DNA of 64,000 nt from Psilocybe cubensis (lineage: Eukaryota), in contig CM038999.1 of the NCBI GenBank assembly GCA_017499595.2, positions 744,001 through 808,000 on the forward strand, read 5' to 3'. Positions 26,534-41,114 of the stretch are shown one piece after another. Every line of letters begins with the position of its first letter. The stretch's first letter is position 1. Made by a program: the position numbers and the translations under genes. The notes under the pieces were generated by a model. It searched no databases. It saw only the letters and a list, made by a program, of their open reading frames with translations, and was not told the origin of the DNA.

Positions 26534-28400
26534 GAACACATGGATATAATTCTGTATAATTCGCGTATTTCTATTAACTTTACTTTATCCGTATACTATA
26601 TATCTCAATTGCACCAACTTCCAGCCGTGTCTAAATAGTTTTGGTACTCGAGTATAAACAAAAGCCTATCACCTGTGTCAATGGCATGAATAAATTCACT
26701 TTTTCTGAGTATATATCTGGGTGTGTCATGGAAATTAATTATCTTATTCGAAGGCGGCGCCAATTGTTATCCAAAATCTTCCACTATGCATCTCGTCGCA
26801 GAGAAAGAACATGTTAACAATTAAGCGCCTGAAAAGACTCTGCAGCAGCAGTAAAACTTCATGACGAGCAATGGGAACGGCGGTATACTATAACCAACAC
26901 CTTTTCTTGCTCCCGCGATGATACGGATACTAGCCATTCATCGGACATAGTGGAAGGTGGGATGTATTTTAAAAATGCTTCAACAAACCAGGGTTTGTTT
27001 AATGCATATATCATCATACATGCCAATGCTACTCAATACGTCGATATCCCATGGCCCAGTCGTATTATACATTCTCCGATAAATCATCCAGAGATATCAT
27101 CATCCGAGTCAACCATCAGATAACGCTGAAGATGAGATATTCCGAATATCAGAAATCCCTCATTCCGCAGCACCGTGGTGTCGTAAACGCTCAGGTACGA
27201 AATATAACCCACGAAAGGCAATTTTAAATCGTCGGACACTGGTGCCCGCATGGGTCCATGTTGGATCCATGGGGATGCGAAGGAACGCAGTATAAGGTTA
27301 GGAAAGAGTTCTACGATGAACTTTGGCTGGAAAGTTCCGGGTAATTTTTGGTTTTCTCATTGCACAGACTTCGTAATAACTTGATCAGACAGGAGGGAGG
27401 GGGCGTGGTATGGAAGCAAGCTGGATTATATTATTCAACTCTTATGGCGAATATGAGTGACGTATTTAATTTGGTCGAAACCTGGCGAGAAGGTTGGAGT
27501 AGACTCCAGTACTAGAGCCGTTTAATCTGCTTAGATGTGAACGGTCAATGTCGTCATTAATAATAATATTTTGGAACGAAGTGGATGACTACTGACTAAC
27601 GCTAGTCGTATTTTCCTGTGGGTCAGTACGTCAGTGCCACATAGACTCTTTGTAATATCTCTATATCGTACAACCTCGGTGGAAACCCGCATAAAACTCC
27701 AGTAAATCTATGAGGTGCGATTAGTCGACAAGAATTACTCAACCATGCTTTCTTTTGCCGTCGCTGTGAATATTTTGCGCTGGAAGATGCGAACTGGAAA
27801 TACATGGAAAAAGTTTTGGGAAAAAATGTTTGGAATACCCAAAAGGCACATGCGAGCGGCTTGGTACGCACGAATGGGGTTTTGAAAGCTTAACGTATGG
27901 GTGGACATAGCGCTGAACCTTCAAACGTTCAAGTTTGCTCTTGACTTTTCAAATTTTGCATGGCACCTTGTCAGAGTATTGATGGAGCGCCCGAACGGCT
28001 GGCGGTTACCAACGCGCCCCATGTAGCGTTTCCAGACTCCACCTCTGATAAACAGGCCAGGATCCAAACCATGACCGAACAACTAATCGCACATACTGTA
28101 GTAAGCAATTGTATGGAGCTCACTGACAGGACGGCATACCAACGATCATGATGAATGTCGGTTAATATAACCGCCACTTGCGAAGCATCGCACATCCCCT
28201 CACATCCCCCAGCGTCGACAAGTCTGAGGGACCGAGATTGCCTTCCAAGTTCAAGTTGAAGCTTCGAGCTAATTTGCGAAACATCGCATTGTTCTAGTTT
28301 CCAGAATCCCAGAACTAACACGACATCCGGATTCAGAAGGGGATTTTAAACTTCAAATTAAATTTAAGCAGAGGAGAAAGTCAGCAAATCCACTGCCTCT

Positions 28401-28482
28401 TATCATTCTAGTTACTAACTAAATGCCAAATGTCCGAGTCCTGCATGCCAGCCAGCGTCCTTTTCTATCATTCTAGTTACTA
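28401..28482. repeat. 17-bp direct repeat TATCATTCTAGTTACTA, two copies
   Basis: Exact copies at 28401-28417 and 28466-28482. Confidence 0.8.
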
Positions 28483-30127
28483 CCAATATCAGTATAGCAA
28501 CGCAGCCGTGTCCAAATGTATGTATATTATGTGCATCTGTATGCTATGTTAAAAGTTGACGCACGTCATACGACAAGAAATAATGTCTATTATGAGAATG
28601 AGAATGAGAATACATGAGCAGAGATCCAGATGACGAAAGAAATCCAAACGTTATGATGAGAGTATGAACAGAAAAGCGAAAAAATGAAACCGAGTACTGC
28701 AAAAATGCGAATTTGCATTTGCTTGTGTGGGTGTGGTGTCAGGAATGGGACGCGTTATGGTTGTCGGAAATGAGAGCGGGCAGAGAGGGATGATGTCGTC
28801 AACGAGAGAGATAACGAGTAACGGACTTGAGGGAGACGGGAGACTGAGATGAACTGTGTAGCAAGGCAGAGAAGCAAGTAGGCGAACGACCAAGGACACC
28901 TGGAATAAGAAGAAACCACTTTCAACAGCAAGAACGAAAGCCGAGAAAAAAAACACAAAGGAGCAATGCTACTAACACACAAAAATTCAAATTCTGATAT
29001 TTGTAGTGGATTGGATTGGATTGATATTGGACAAGGACAATGCGAGGGTAGAGATAGAGACGAGAGAGACAGAGAGAGAAAATAGGAGAAGGGTATGGGG
29101 TATGTATAAATGTACGGTACGTGTGTATGTATGCTCGGAGGGCAAGTCGTTCATAAAAAGGGAGCAAGCAATTAAAGGGGGGCACCTAGAAGAAGAAGAA
29201 AAATGAAAAGAGAAATGAAACCGAAAGAAAGGAAGAGAAAGGTGAAGGAGAAATGAAAAAAAGGTTAAAAAGATGGAGCGGCACAGAAAAAGAAAAAGGG
29301 AAGAAGAGGAAGCCGGAGTCGAAGCGTACGTTATATGAATAGTGTACTAGACTTAGGCAGTGTGGGTGGGTGGATATAGACGAAGAGGTGGTGAGATGAA
29401 AATGAGATGAGATTGTCCATGGTCGCCAATAAAATAAAGTTTTTAACCACGAAACGGAGAAGGAGTTATTGTCCAGGTGGCAACAATACGAATAAATACA
29501 CTACCACCTCGCTTGCCCACCGAGGATGGCGTGGTCTATGAGTAAAGTAAAGCTGAAGCTAGTGGGGGAAAGGAGAACGAAAAATAAAAAGAAGAAAGTA
29601 AAGAAGGAAAAACAAGGAAAGTGACCTTCGAAAAGAAAGGAGCAAAGTTGGAAAAGATGGGTTTTTTAATAGAAGGAAAAAAGTGTTCAAAAAAGAATCC
29701 ATGTGATCACGAAGTCAAATGTTCCAATTTTTGTTAATTTCCAGTTCGGCGGTCATTGAGGGGTCGTCCTTTTGTTTCTCTTCGCTGTCCTTTCTTCCGG
29801 TTGGAACATCTTTCGCCGGGGACACCTTCTCCTCCATCGCTATCGCGGCTTCTTCGCACTCGTCACAGTCCACCGCAGCCACAAGTCCTTATCCGATCAA
29901 AAGCCTCTTTTACATGCGACCGCTGTGCAAATAGCATCATCATGATCATCGTCGGCCCTCCGCATGACACCCTTCCGCAAGGCCACCGGTCTAACGTGTC
30001 AACCACGTACACGCAAAATAGCACACAACGCCCAGTCCCTCCTCGTTCAGTTCCAAAATAGCACCGCACCCACCCCAAACCCGCAATCAAACCCACCTCA
30101 CCTCACACCTCCGCCCTCCGGCCCACC

Positions 30128-32045
30128 TCACTTCGCATACCCAACCTGCAGCTCAACATCGTCGCCGTCATCGCCACCTCTCCGCCGCTGTCCACCGCCA
30201 GTACTGGCTTTACGACTCGTATTGCGTGAGGCATACACCGGTGTCGCGGTGTTGCCGCCAGTGTTCGGTGTGGAGGGATAGTCGCGGTACGGCGACGGAC
30301 TGGGGTCCTCGTGGTCCCGGAAGGGCGAGTGCTCGTTCGGCGTCGTTGCGCTGTATGGTGGGTGGTGCTGCTGGTAGGGGTTGTTGTTGAGGTTGTGCTT
30401 CTCGTCTTGCTGTAGTTTGTCTTGCGCGTCGAGGGCGGCGGTGGCGGCGGAGGCATCACCGATACCTGCGCGAGTACCCCAACCGGTCTAGAAAACGCAC
30501 GTTTGTTAGTATGATCGTTGATGTTCTTGTTAATGAAAGAACAAAGGAATGGAACATGTCGCGCTATTTTAGTCAGGGGGATGCGGCGGACACATACCTC
30601 GTGTAATGTGCAAAGGGCGTAAATTTTCATGATGGCAAAGTAGTATCCGAAAAGAATGAATGCGGGGACATAGATGATGTGTGAGGGTTGATGCCATAGA
30701 TGGGGCATGAGCTTCAGTGTACGTGTAGCCGACAGCCAGACAAAGTAGGACAAGACGATGTTCCTGAGAAATTGCACAATAGGTGAAAAATGTGTCGGAT
30801 GCGAAACATACATGCTGGACTTACCACCATCGTAGATGGTACCCGCCCTGGTCGATTGGAATGGTACTCTTGTATATCAGGTACGACACTAGACAAGGGC
30901 CCACGAGGAGCGTGAGAGGATTAAAGAGTTTGTCCACCTAAGCCGTGTCAGCGATTGTAACGAGTCCAATATGCGGGCTAACTCACCATGGTATAAGCAA
31001 CGTAGGGATGTGCCGTCCAGATATGTCTCTCCATGAAGAGACTGCGAAGATCTGATCGCCAGGTATTTCGGGTCCATCGGAGGACCTGTTTGAGGAATCG
31101 CCAATTGGGTTTCATAGTCGAAAGAAGTTCTGCTTCTTTGCAGCATTGCACATACGTGCTCCATCCATGGCTCACCATCCAGCGAGTCAAAAACTTGTCG
31201 TCACCGGAGTTGAGCTGATATTTTCCTAACCAATAGTCGTGTGTGAAACCATACAAAAATTCGGGGTCCTTGAGGATGACAGTCCTGTATGCGGCCGTAC
31301 GTCCAGAAAGGCAGGGTATACCGCCGTCAATGTGTGTTGAGGATGCAATTTCGATGTTCCGGATAGTCAAACGGAAAGCGGCGAGGACCTCCCAAACGGT
31401 CATGCGGCTTCCAACCGACTGCACGCGCTGACTGGTACCAACACCTCCGACCTTCTGATCTTCGAAACACGCCAGCATGTAAGGCAACATGGTCGAGGGC
31501 CAAATGGCGTCGTCGTCAGCGAAGACGATGATGTCTGTCGTGGTGTTCTTGATGCCGTGGCTCATTTGTAGACGCTTGTTGGCGTAGGGGACGGTGAGGA
31601 CTCGTATCCGCTCCGGGTCAACCTCGTTTGCGAGATCTTGCAAAGGACCGAGCATTTTTTCCTCTGTAATGATGAGAATTTCCTTGGGTTTGCCAACAAG
31701 CCAGCTATTGGCGGCTTCCTTGAATTCCTCGCCAGCGTCGATGGTAGGCACGATGATGGTTACATCTTCAGAGGCAATGTATGTCGGATTTTCGGGCAGT
31801 GGTACTGGGCGATATGCCGCTGCAGCGGCCAGACGAATTAGATACCATAGGTACCGGTAGAACCTGCAACGTTTGTGTCAGCCCCCGCCACCTCGCCAAC
31901 TGAGCGATACCCCGCTGCCTCCTCCGACTCACCCAATGACACCAAAAGGAACAACTTAGGGAAAACAAGGTCAGACTGTGGCACTGGGCGGGCAAACAGG
32001 AGGTGACATACATATTGGAAAGTCATCAGAGGTCAGGTACAACAT
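30128..32045 (-). CDS. CPS1: GT2 processive polysaccharide synthase, Cps1-like
   Basis: MLYLTSDDFPI|FVPFGVIG|FYRYLWYLIR...; GT2 motifs FADDDAIW, SGDDKFLT and QVLRW (QxxRW); C-terminal TMs, then LHE|TGWGTR. Includes a 22-nt exon at 31933-31954. Confidence 0.85.
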
Positions 32046-35000
32046 TGGGGGATATAAAGGAGTGAATTACGACGCCAAAGACGAAGAAAGAATCTATGAG
32101 GCCCGTCACGGCGGGGAACACAGAAAAAGGCCCAGGTATTAAAAAAGTGTGGAGGAGGAAGGGGGAAGGAGGATAACAAGGACAGCGTAGTCACGGAATG
32201 AGGGGCAAATTACCACAACCACGGCGGACTTTGAATTATTTCCGTTGCCGTCACCCTCAGTCCTCCTTCCCCCTGCAAATCTACACACGCCAGCCGGCCG
32301 TTCTCAGCTGTAGCATGGCTCGTATATGGCTTAGTCTTTTCTACGCGCTAATCCATCTAGTGAACGAGACATGTCCTGGCCTCGCATTTACGAGAATACT
32401 GCCAAGCCACTCCTTGACAATTTTGTGCCAGTGATCGGCTTCGTGTTTTTTTAAGAAAACTCGCTCGTTGTCCAGGACAACCCCCTGCTTGCTCTGGGAA
32501 TTCTGGCCGCTCTTTACCCAGGTGCTACGTAGCAGGTTTGGGTCAATTTGGGATTATATCCAACGCTCCTCCAGCACGCGGATCCTACCCCCACTGACCT
32601 CATCATACTTGGCGTCATCTCAAAATATCGAGCTTCGTCTTGGCCTGCTGAGAGCCCAGCCAACCGTGCCATCGCGCTTTTCTTCTGCATAAACACTGAG
32701 CGCGTATTTGCCGTGGCCGAAGCAAATATTTTCACCCCGGGAAATACAAGAGGCTTCAGAGCAAAAAGTAGGGGGCGATTATCCTGATTCACATCCTCGG
32801 TTAGAACGTGCCCTAATTCCTCAACGCCACACTCGGGCCTGCCAGTCGCAACTCCTTCGTCCTCTGCAGCGTTTAGAGCTAGTCCTCTTCCAGCAACCAA
32901 AGCGTATGTTTTTTTTCTCAAGACAAAGGCTTGTGTTCTCTCTCGTTTCGCCGCTGACATACGGTACCCCTGTCACGGTGCGTACGTACGTACTCCGGAA
33001 TGCCATGCTCACCAAGAATCGCAGAATGATAATCAGCAACACCATAGCTGATATGACAGGCGCAACTGCAGATGCGCGAAAACAACCTTCTGCATTTTTA
33101 ACCGGTGACCAAACTGAAAGTATTGCCCAAAATAAATAGGCAGCAGCTCATAATAGTAGCACAATCAGATGGCAAACTCCATGGACAAAGGCGGCAGGGC
33201 ATGCCCATCTTTCTGTGCCGGAAACAGCCCATGGGATCCATCTCTTCACCCAAATCCGGATTGTTCCAACACACACCCCGTTTCATCGCTCCCACCGTCA
33301 CCAAATCCAAAAAATGCCATCCTTCTTCACTCTGTTCGTGATCGTTGTCATTTCTCATCACATCTCTCCATCACAAGAACAACATCAGGATAGGAATAGA
33401 ACACAGGTTTTCGTCATTATCATTTATCAGTGTATCATGAGAACGCTTACACTCAAGCGGCCTACCTCAAACCCCTTGCCTTTGGACTCGTCAGCGGGAG
33501 AATCGCCTATCCCTCCCGCTGAGGCCCGCTTCCCGAAGTCATTCCCACCGCCCGCTTCATAAAGTGCGATTGCGACAACTGTCGACGGTGGCGAGCCTGC
33601 TTCTGCCTTCTGGGTCCGGTGAATTCGATGGATTCATTGGCATCAAATCATCATCTTTCCATGTCTGACAGGTACAGAGGTATAATACTCAAGCTTCAAG
33701 CCTTGCAAGCAGAAGTGCTGCTGAGGATTTAGAAATCAGGAATCAACTATTCTCCGCACTCGTTCTCTGGGGTTGAACGCTTGAGCCGGGCTTCACAGCG
33801 GGGAAACTTCAATGATGTCAAACATTTCATCAGTGGTGTGTATCTTCGCAACTTGAACCCGACCAGCTGGGTCTTCCTATTTGTTCGAGTTATTTTAATG
33901 ACTCCAGCAACGCCAACCACCCTCGTAACGCGTAACCAAAGGCCTGCCCACTGCCCAGAGTCAGTTCTCGCCTATAGTCCCTGTTTTACTTCTATTTAAT
34001 GAAATTAATCTTGGAATAATAGTGCTTCTTTCCCCTTTGCTTCACTTATCAGTTATGTACACCTCATCTATCTGAGGGATGACGCTATGACGTGTGAAGG
34101 CACTTTACCATCAGTAAAGTGAGCCTCTTAATCTAATCCACATCCAAATAGCCTATACACGATCCTTCTCTTCTCATTGATTTAAATTCAAACTTTCAGT
34201 GCTTGAACTGAACGCTTCATAACTAGCACCTGAACACCAGCCACAAAATGTACGATGTACGAGAGGATTTGGGATCGTAAGGCCCACGCCGTTCCGAACA
34301 GCCTCCTGCCAAATGCCTGCTCATCCAACATCTAAATTTCCCACCGCTCCCTACGTAACTTCTACGCCTCCTCGCACCCGCTAGCGCCGCCTCCTCGTGC
34401 ACTCGCGCTCGAAATCGAATGCCAAATGCCAAGCCTCCTTCGATCGATGCCTCGCTTAATTATTTATAAGGCTATCACTTCAACCTGGCAACCTCGCATT
34501 TAAAATTATACAGGCCTGAAGCTTGAAAAAACCTTTGAGGTGACTGTCAGTCCCCGGTTCACAGACAAGATCATGAAGCTTGATGCTATGTATGTATCAA
34601 ATGATTACACAAACGCACTGCCTGAACGCCGCGTTGAAGAATCCCTCAGCTTGGATCGCATTCAACTTGTCGGTACCGTACGTACGTGCATCTATTGAGG
34701 TTTAATTATTTAACTGAACCCTCAATCTCCCAGCGCGGGAAATTACAACATACATCCTACATCCTGACAGAGTCAGTTCCTTTAAAGAAATTCAAGCTCT
34801 AACCAACAGCAATGCTACTGCCTAATCCTCTTCAAGGTATCACTAGGAGGCTTGAATCGAGCTTTCAAATATGCAAAAAAGCTGAATAGATACACAAATG
34901 GTTGCCCGAACCCACACTCGGTACGCCGACTGTTCAACTTCATTAAGCATTCAATTCAATTAATCAAGACCGACGGCACCCTGCCACTGCCACCGACCCG

Positions 35001-36013
35001 AGGTCCCTGACTTAAGTAAGTACATACGGATAGCCGGCTCTGAGATATGCACTTGGAATTAGATCCAGGGACGAATGCGGGCTGGGGTGGCCGTAGGCGT
35101 CTAATTATGTATGTAGGCGCAGGTTTTAATTAGGCATGTTACAAATTTCAGATTATTCTACTCAGAAATCCCAGAAGTAGAAATGTGAACGCTCATAAAA
35201 TCGTTGTGAATGTTGTGATGAAGGTGAAATGAGTTTCCGCATGCCGTATCGGCGGGTTAAGTAGGAGCTTTTATCCTCATGCGGCCCGCGTCAAGTGGCT
35301 TCGTGGGTATATATTTAGGTGCAACTTGGCTTGAAAAAGAAAAAAAAATTAGCAAATGAACAACTAAAAGCGTACAAACCTCTGTATGATTTAGACATCA
35401 TGGTGAAGACAGTCAAGATTGACAATGCCCACGACTTCTTTCATCGAGCGACTGGAAGCAAATTGTTTCGGCGATCAATCGGCACGTCTGTCGCATATAT
35501 GTGGCTGTCATCTATATCCGACTTTCCATAGTCCCAGGACATGGATTTATTTTAATAAATTCCATAGGTATTCGACAAATAATAGGAAATTTATTCAAAA
35601 TGTCTCGCAGCTGAAATCTCCTGCAAAAACGAAATTGTGGTGTTACTAGTAATTGCAAGCGTTCGGATGCAAGAAGTCGGAGTTCGAATATATTACCCGC
35701 AGATAAACTCCGCAATCAAAACGAAAAAAAGCACAGCGCAAATTGAAGGACAGGATGTCACACCTTTTGAAACACCACGAACCACAACCAGCTCACACCA
35801 AAATCATCAGAGAGAGCGACAGACTTCACAGAAGAAGTGCAGCAGAGATTGGTATCGATAAGCTAAAACCTTGGACCAATCGAGCGGCAGAATTGACAAG
35901 AAAGTTAAATGTTATTCTGTGAATCGATCCGGCTCCGGGACGACTATGCCTTTTCGACAGAGGATTATGTGCAACTCTTATCGTGATTCTTCTTATATAA
36001 GGGCAGGCTTCTC

Positions 36014-37707
36014 ATGACCTGTCGGTCTACTCTTTTCCTGTGGAACTTGACGTTATCAAGAACCATCATCAGTTCGGGAAGGAATATGTCTTCATTCGCT
36101 TCGATCGCAAGTCAGCTCAAGTTCGACGTTGTCTCCAAGACTCATGCTCTGGACAATGCTAATAAGCGCAAGGAAATAGCGCGTACTTTCATTTGTAAGC
36201 AATAAGCACCTCTGTGTCTTGGAGAACGATCCTGATATTTTTCTACGCAGCCGATACTGTTACAGGTTGAGAGCTCAGATTTATTCAATCACGCACTCAT
36301 ATCTGAGTGCCAAATTCAGTGCCAACTGAAGAGATGTATTCTTACGCTGCGCTTGCAACCTTGGGAGATGATGTCTACTTCGAGCCATCTACAGCGTTTG
36401 TCCTACATTCGGGTCAATGTTTTTACTGAATGTGACCCATTTAACAGTGCCCTGGAAGCCCATATTGCAAAGATCACAGGCAAAGAAGCCGGTGTTTTTT
36501 TAACATCCGGTACTGCATCCAACCAAATTGCACTGAGAACTCATCTTAAACAACCTCCATACTCTGTTTTGTGCGACCATCGTGCACATATTTACAAGTA
36601 AGGTCCATGTGTTTGATATTGATTCTTGTATCAAACAATTTTAGGTACGAAGCAGGAGGTGCTGCCTTTCACTCCGGTGCTGCGATCGTTGCTGTTGCTC
36701 CGACTAATAGTACGAATAAATTATGCCTTCGTGCAGACGTCCACAATTAACGCAATACAGAGCATCATCTCACACTTCAGGATGTCAAAGATAACATCAT
36801 CATAAGTGATGATACTCATTTGTACGATTTTTCCTACCATACTCTTACGGTAAACATGCTTATTTTTCGTAGTGCACCAACAGAGGTTATTACGCTTGAA
36901 AATACTCTCAATGGAACCATCATCCCCCAGGAAGAGGTCATTGCTATCTCAGATTATGCCCACTCCTTAGGGTTGAAGTTACACCTCGATGGTGCCAGAA
37001 TTTGGCACGTTGCTGCAGAAACATCGACCCCTCTAAATGAGCTGTGCGACCCATTTGATTCTGTGAGCCTGTGCTTCAGCAAAGGTCTTGGTATGAGCCC
37101 TTTTATGAATTGTTTATGACTTGTTTAAACGACCATCTGGGTTATAGGCGCACCTGTCGGATCGTGCCTAGTAGGTTCCAAAGAGTTTATCACCAAAGCT
37201 CGATGGTTCCGCACGCTTTTTGGAGGAAGCATGCGTCAGACAGGCATCCTTGCTGGTGCTGCTGCATATGCTTTGACACACAACTTTCCTCAACTTCCAC
37301 GAGTCCACGCTTTAGCCAAGCGACTAGAAAGCGGACTTGAGAAAATTGGGGCTAACATTTTAAGTAGGGCGGAAACTTGCATGGTCAGAGTTTTGTTTTG
37401 CTGAGCATTGTTATTGGTATAACAAATTTCTATGTCTATACAGGTATTCTACGATCCATCTCCTCTTGGCATTACTTATGACGAGATTGGCGACAGAGGA
37501 TCAGCTCTTCCGGAACCCCTCTTCCTTGGTGGATCCCGTCTTGTAGTTCACATTCAAACATCGGACGAAGCTGTGGACGACTTTTTGCACATTGTTGCCC
37601 AGCTTGCAGAAGAGAAGAAGGCTGCCGGATTTGTCAGGCCTGAAGCCCATGCCAACGGTGAGATCAAGGACGTTTATGTTAGACGCGTGCCAAAGGCGAC
37701 AAAGTGA
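36014..37707 (+). CDS. GLY1: Low-specificity L-threonine aldolase (PLP-dependent)
   Basis: SDTVT, LGDDVYFEP, GKEAGVFLTSGTASNQIAL, HIYK|YEAGG, LENTLNG, HLDGARIW, SLCFSKGLGAP (PLP lysine). Alternative in-frame ATG at 36086. Confidence 0.93.
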
Positions 37708-39203
37708 TGTACATAGAAAAGGTTCAATCTCCGCTTGGGTAACACTGAAAACTGGTACAATCTGTATTTACTTAACGTGTTGTACCAGTAGATCTCGATA
37801 TATGTATCCAATGGGAATTAAAGGACGTGGCTTTATTGAACGGAAAAGTGGGACCGCGGCGTCAACATCTGTAATTGACTGTCCGATACAAGTCAGTACT
37901 GAGTACACGGATCTCAGTACCAATAGATATTTCCGGCCTCATTTTGAGCCACAGATACCTCGCAGACGGCGAGGTACAGGCCGCATTGTAAACATAGATA
38001 TGCTATGTGCTTAAAAATGCGTTGGTTGACACGGAAGTAACGTCCTGTTGAGCGGCTTTTAATGTGCCGCCAGCAGCTGTAGCTACATAGTGGCCAACAG
38101 TATCAGTATCATGATGGCGATATGAATTATGGGCGAATTTAACCTGCCTGCGAAAAAAAGATCACGCAAATTATTTATCCCTGACCTCATCATGTCTGTG
38201 AAATAATGGGATGCACATACATATTTGTTGATAGAAACCTCCGCCCCCGCAAGTTGAAGCTTGGTGCTATATCCGAATCTTTGGCTCAACGGGTAGAAGA
38301 TGGTAATAGATGCCATTGCTGCGGAACCTCATCTCAAATTCTACATATAAATCATTCTAATTAGAATGTATGTAGACATAGAGCTCATTCCATATAGCAT
38401 GTATACAGACATTGATAGAACGCATTCACATATAGCTTTTCCAGAAATAAGTGAATTAATACTGCGGGAAGCGGTACCGACAGTATTGCTGCTTTCATGT
38501 TCTATAATTGCCCTCAGAGTCCGCGGAGTAAATCTGCTAATGCTTTCAGATGAGTCCTAAGGAGCGCATCTTCTAGAATGTCTGGTGACTATTCTGTGTG
38601 TGCGTTGAATCTTTGCAGAATGGGACTTCCTTGTATTTAAGTGTGCTTGAGGAACTCATTTATAATGGCTTTAAAAGTACATTCTCAGGGAAGATGTAGG
38701 GTCCAGTTTTTTCATTTTGCAGTCAAATCTGAAGTCAAGAGATGGAAAGTCCACAACGGTTTATGTTGTGCTATTTTTAGAACAAAGGTTCCATGAACGC
38801 CCCCAAACCTGGTCTAACTTGCAACTCTCCTAGATTTGAAATTAGTTATATCTTGGAACGAGAAGTCAATATTGATACATCGAATCTTCCAACTAGCCAA
38901 GATTAAAGTGCAGACTTCTTCCCAAAGACATAATACTCCACCATGATCAACTACAGCATTATCAAGGAGAGTATCTCACATTAGCATTTTGCATTGGCCC
39001 AAGAACCAGTTCAAGGACGTATCAAATGTGCATGAGTTGCGAAACGCTCCACGACCACCGCGACATCCATTTGGAAGCACTTCTATGACTCCGAAAAGGT
39101 CTCCGCGATCGTCATTGTTTGTTGTACCACACTGGCAAGGTTAAATTAGGTGTGTCATTACATCAATGCATAAGCAACCGGTGTGGAGGTCGGGTATGTA
39201 CTT

Positions 39204-39824
39204 TTACAACTCTTCCCGAGTCTTACCAGTAGACTCCAGGTCAACGAGCTCGACGGTGAAAACAAGGGCAGAGTTGGCGGGAATAATGCTTCCAAATCCA
39301 CGAGATCCTATGAAAAAAGAAACATGAACTCAGTAGGTATTCGGAAGACGCGTCGTAGGAGTATAACCAACCGTATGCGAGGTCGGAAGGGATGGTGAGA
39401 GTACGCTTCTCCTTAACACACATTCCTTGAAGACCTTTGTCCCATCCCTGAATGACCTGGCCGATACCGACTGTGGATAGTAGAGTAAACCTATTGGCCA
39501 CGTAAACAAATTCAGAGGTACTTACGCGTCAAAGGCAAGGGCTGTCCACGGTCAAGACTGGAATCAAACTTGTTTCCATTTGAGAACAAGGTTCCGGTCT
39601 GTTAAGTTGTTTCCCAGAGTATGTGAATACCATGGCTCAAGTTTATGATTATTCCTGTAACTCACATAGTGAACCTTGATACGATCGCCAGTCTGTGCTT
39701 TCGTCACACAGTTGTCTGGCAGATAAGTGGTCTCAATCTGCAGCTCTGTTGGAGGAGTCTTAACCTCATCAGCAAGAGCAACGGTGGCAAAGAGAGCAGC
39801 AGAGATCCACGCAAACAGCTTCAT
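39204..39824 (-). CDS. FPR2: ER-luminal FKBP-type peptidyl-prolyl isomerase (4 exons)
   Basis: Signal peptide [25 protein letters not shown]...[40 protein letters not shown]-terminal REEL retrieval signal. Confidence 0.92.
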
Positions 39825-41114
39825 GGTTGTGGGGTAAAGAGAACGAAAGCAATACCTGCAAATTGGAAGCGACCAGCACATCACGATCGGGTTCGTCACC
39901 GCATTACCCGTTTTGGATGCCGACGTGTCGTTGCTTCCTTGGCGAGCACATGACTCGCATCAATAGAGTCATCGGAGTATCAATCGGATATCTCGGCTTC
40001 TGTTCGGCTCACTGTCAACAAGCGACAGCAACTATACAGCTCGAGCCACCGGCATAACCTTATTTTCAAGCAGGTCACGAACATCCACCGCAAAGTCCCC
40101 TAGTCCGTCGCCGTCGTCATCAATGGTGAGCACCATCACTTTTTGCGGGAGAATGAATCTCTGACGAATTTATGCCTGAATGAAAAGCCTTCCCAAAAGA
40201 CTTTCCGCACAAAAAGAATCCTCGCCAAGGCTGGAAGGCAAAACAGGTGTGTATATGCGATGCAGTCAAATCCATAAATTTGGCGTTGAATGAGTTCTTA
40301 ATAGGCCTATCCCCCAGTGGTTCCGCCTGAAGACGGACACCAAGATCCAAGTGCGTAGCCTTGTACCTTTGGCATGAAACGTGAAACTGATATTTCAATC
40401 TGCATTTCAGTACAACGCTAAGCGTCGTCACTGGAGGAGGACTAAGCTCAACATCTAAAGGATCTTCTTTCAGGTGCTGGCTTTGTATCCATGTTAGAGG
40501 GGAGGGTGGATTTCGAGAGGGAGATAGAAAAGGGATCAGCAACACGAGCACGAGCAATCACACACAACCCATGTCTTCCTCGCATATTCTATGACACATG
40601 CAACCATGCTTTATCCCAAGTCTCCCTCCGATGTGTCTTTGGATAGTAAGGGATCCTCTATCTCGGGTTTATGTTCTAAATCGCTTGAGATGATTTCATC
40701 ATTGCAAATTTCAATGTTGTTTTCAAGACCCTCCTCTTTCGATTAACATCAACCACTGTTTACACCCCTTGTGCATGACTTGACGAATGTCTAAGCTACG
40801 CCGTAAGCATACAGCCATCGACAGATTTTTTCATGCTCTTTGGTTTGGGGAAATGATCGTTAATTATCGTACGTCATTGGATCGCACCTCTCAAGATAGT
40901 GGGTGGTGGATGAGGTTACACTATCCAATACTTCTTAATCACCCTGTGTAGCTCATGCTTATGTCTTATCTCGAATAACGCTGAGTCGGATTCATTGTGA
41001 AAAGTGACTATACAGGAATAGTACTTACACAGACAGGTAGAGGGTCCGAAGCGCCATTCTAAGAAGATGTATGTTATATTTTTCATCAGCGACCATATAT
41101 TTACTCGAACAGTT

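Noticed and set aside
35035-35100. TPP-riboswitch-like words (CTGAGA...GATCCAG...CGTAGG)
   Set aside because: Spacing and pairing of P4/P5 do not fit the aptamer, and no thiamine gene or host intron is nearby.
38840-39150. Faint G-alpha-like peptide fragments (YILEREVNIDTSNLPTSQD; WKHFYDSEKVSAIVIVCCTTL)
   Set aside because: Stops interrupt the frames and no GTPase signature (DVGGQ, GxxxxGK, NKxD) is present; not supportable without a search.
40120-40557. 145-aa minus-strand ORF
   Set aside because: Non-ATG start, no recognisable motif and no convincing exon chain.
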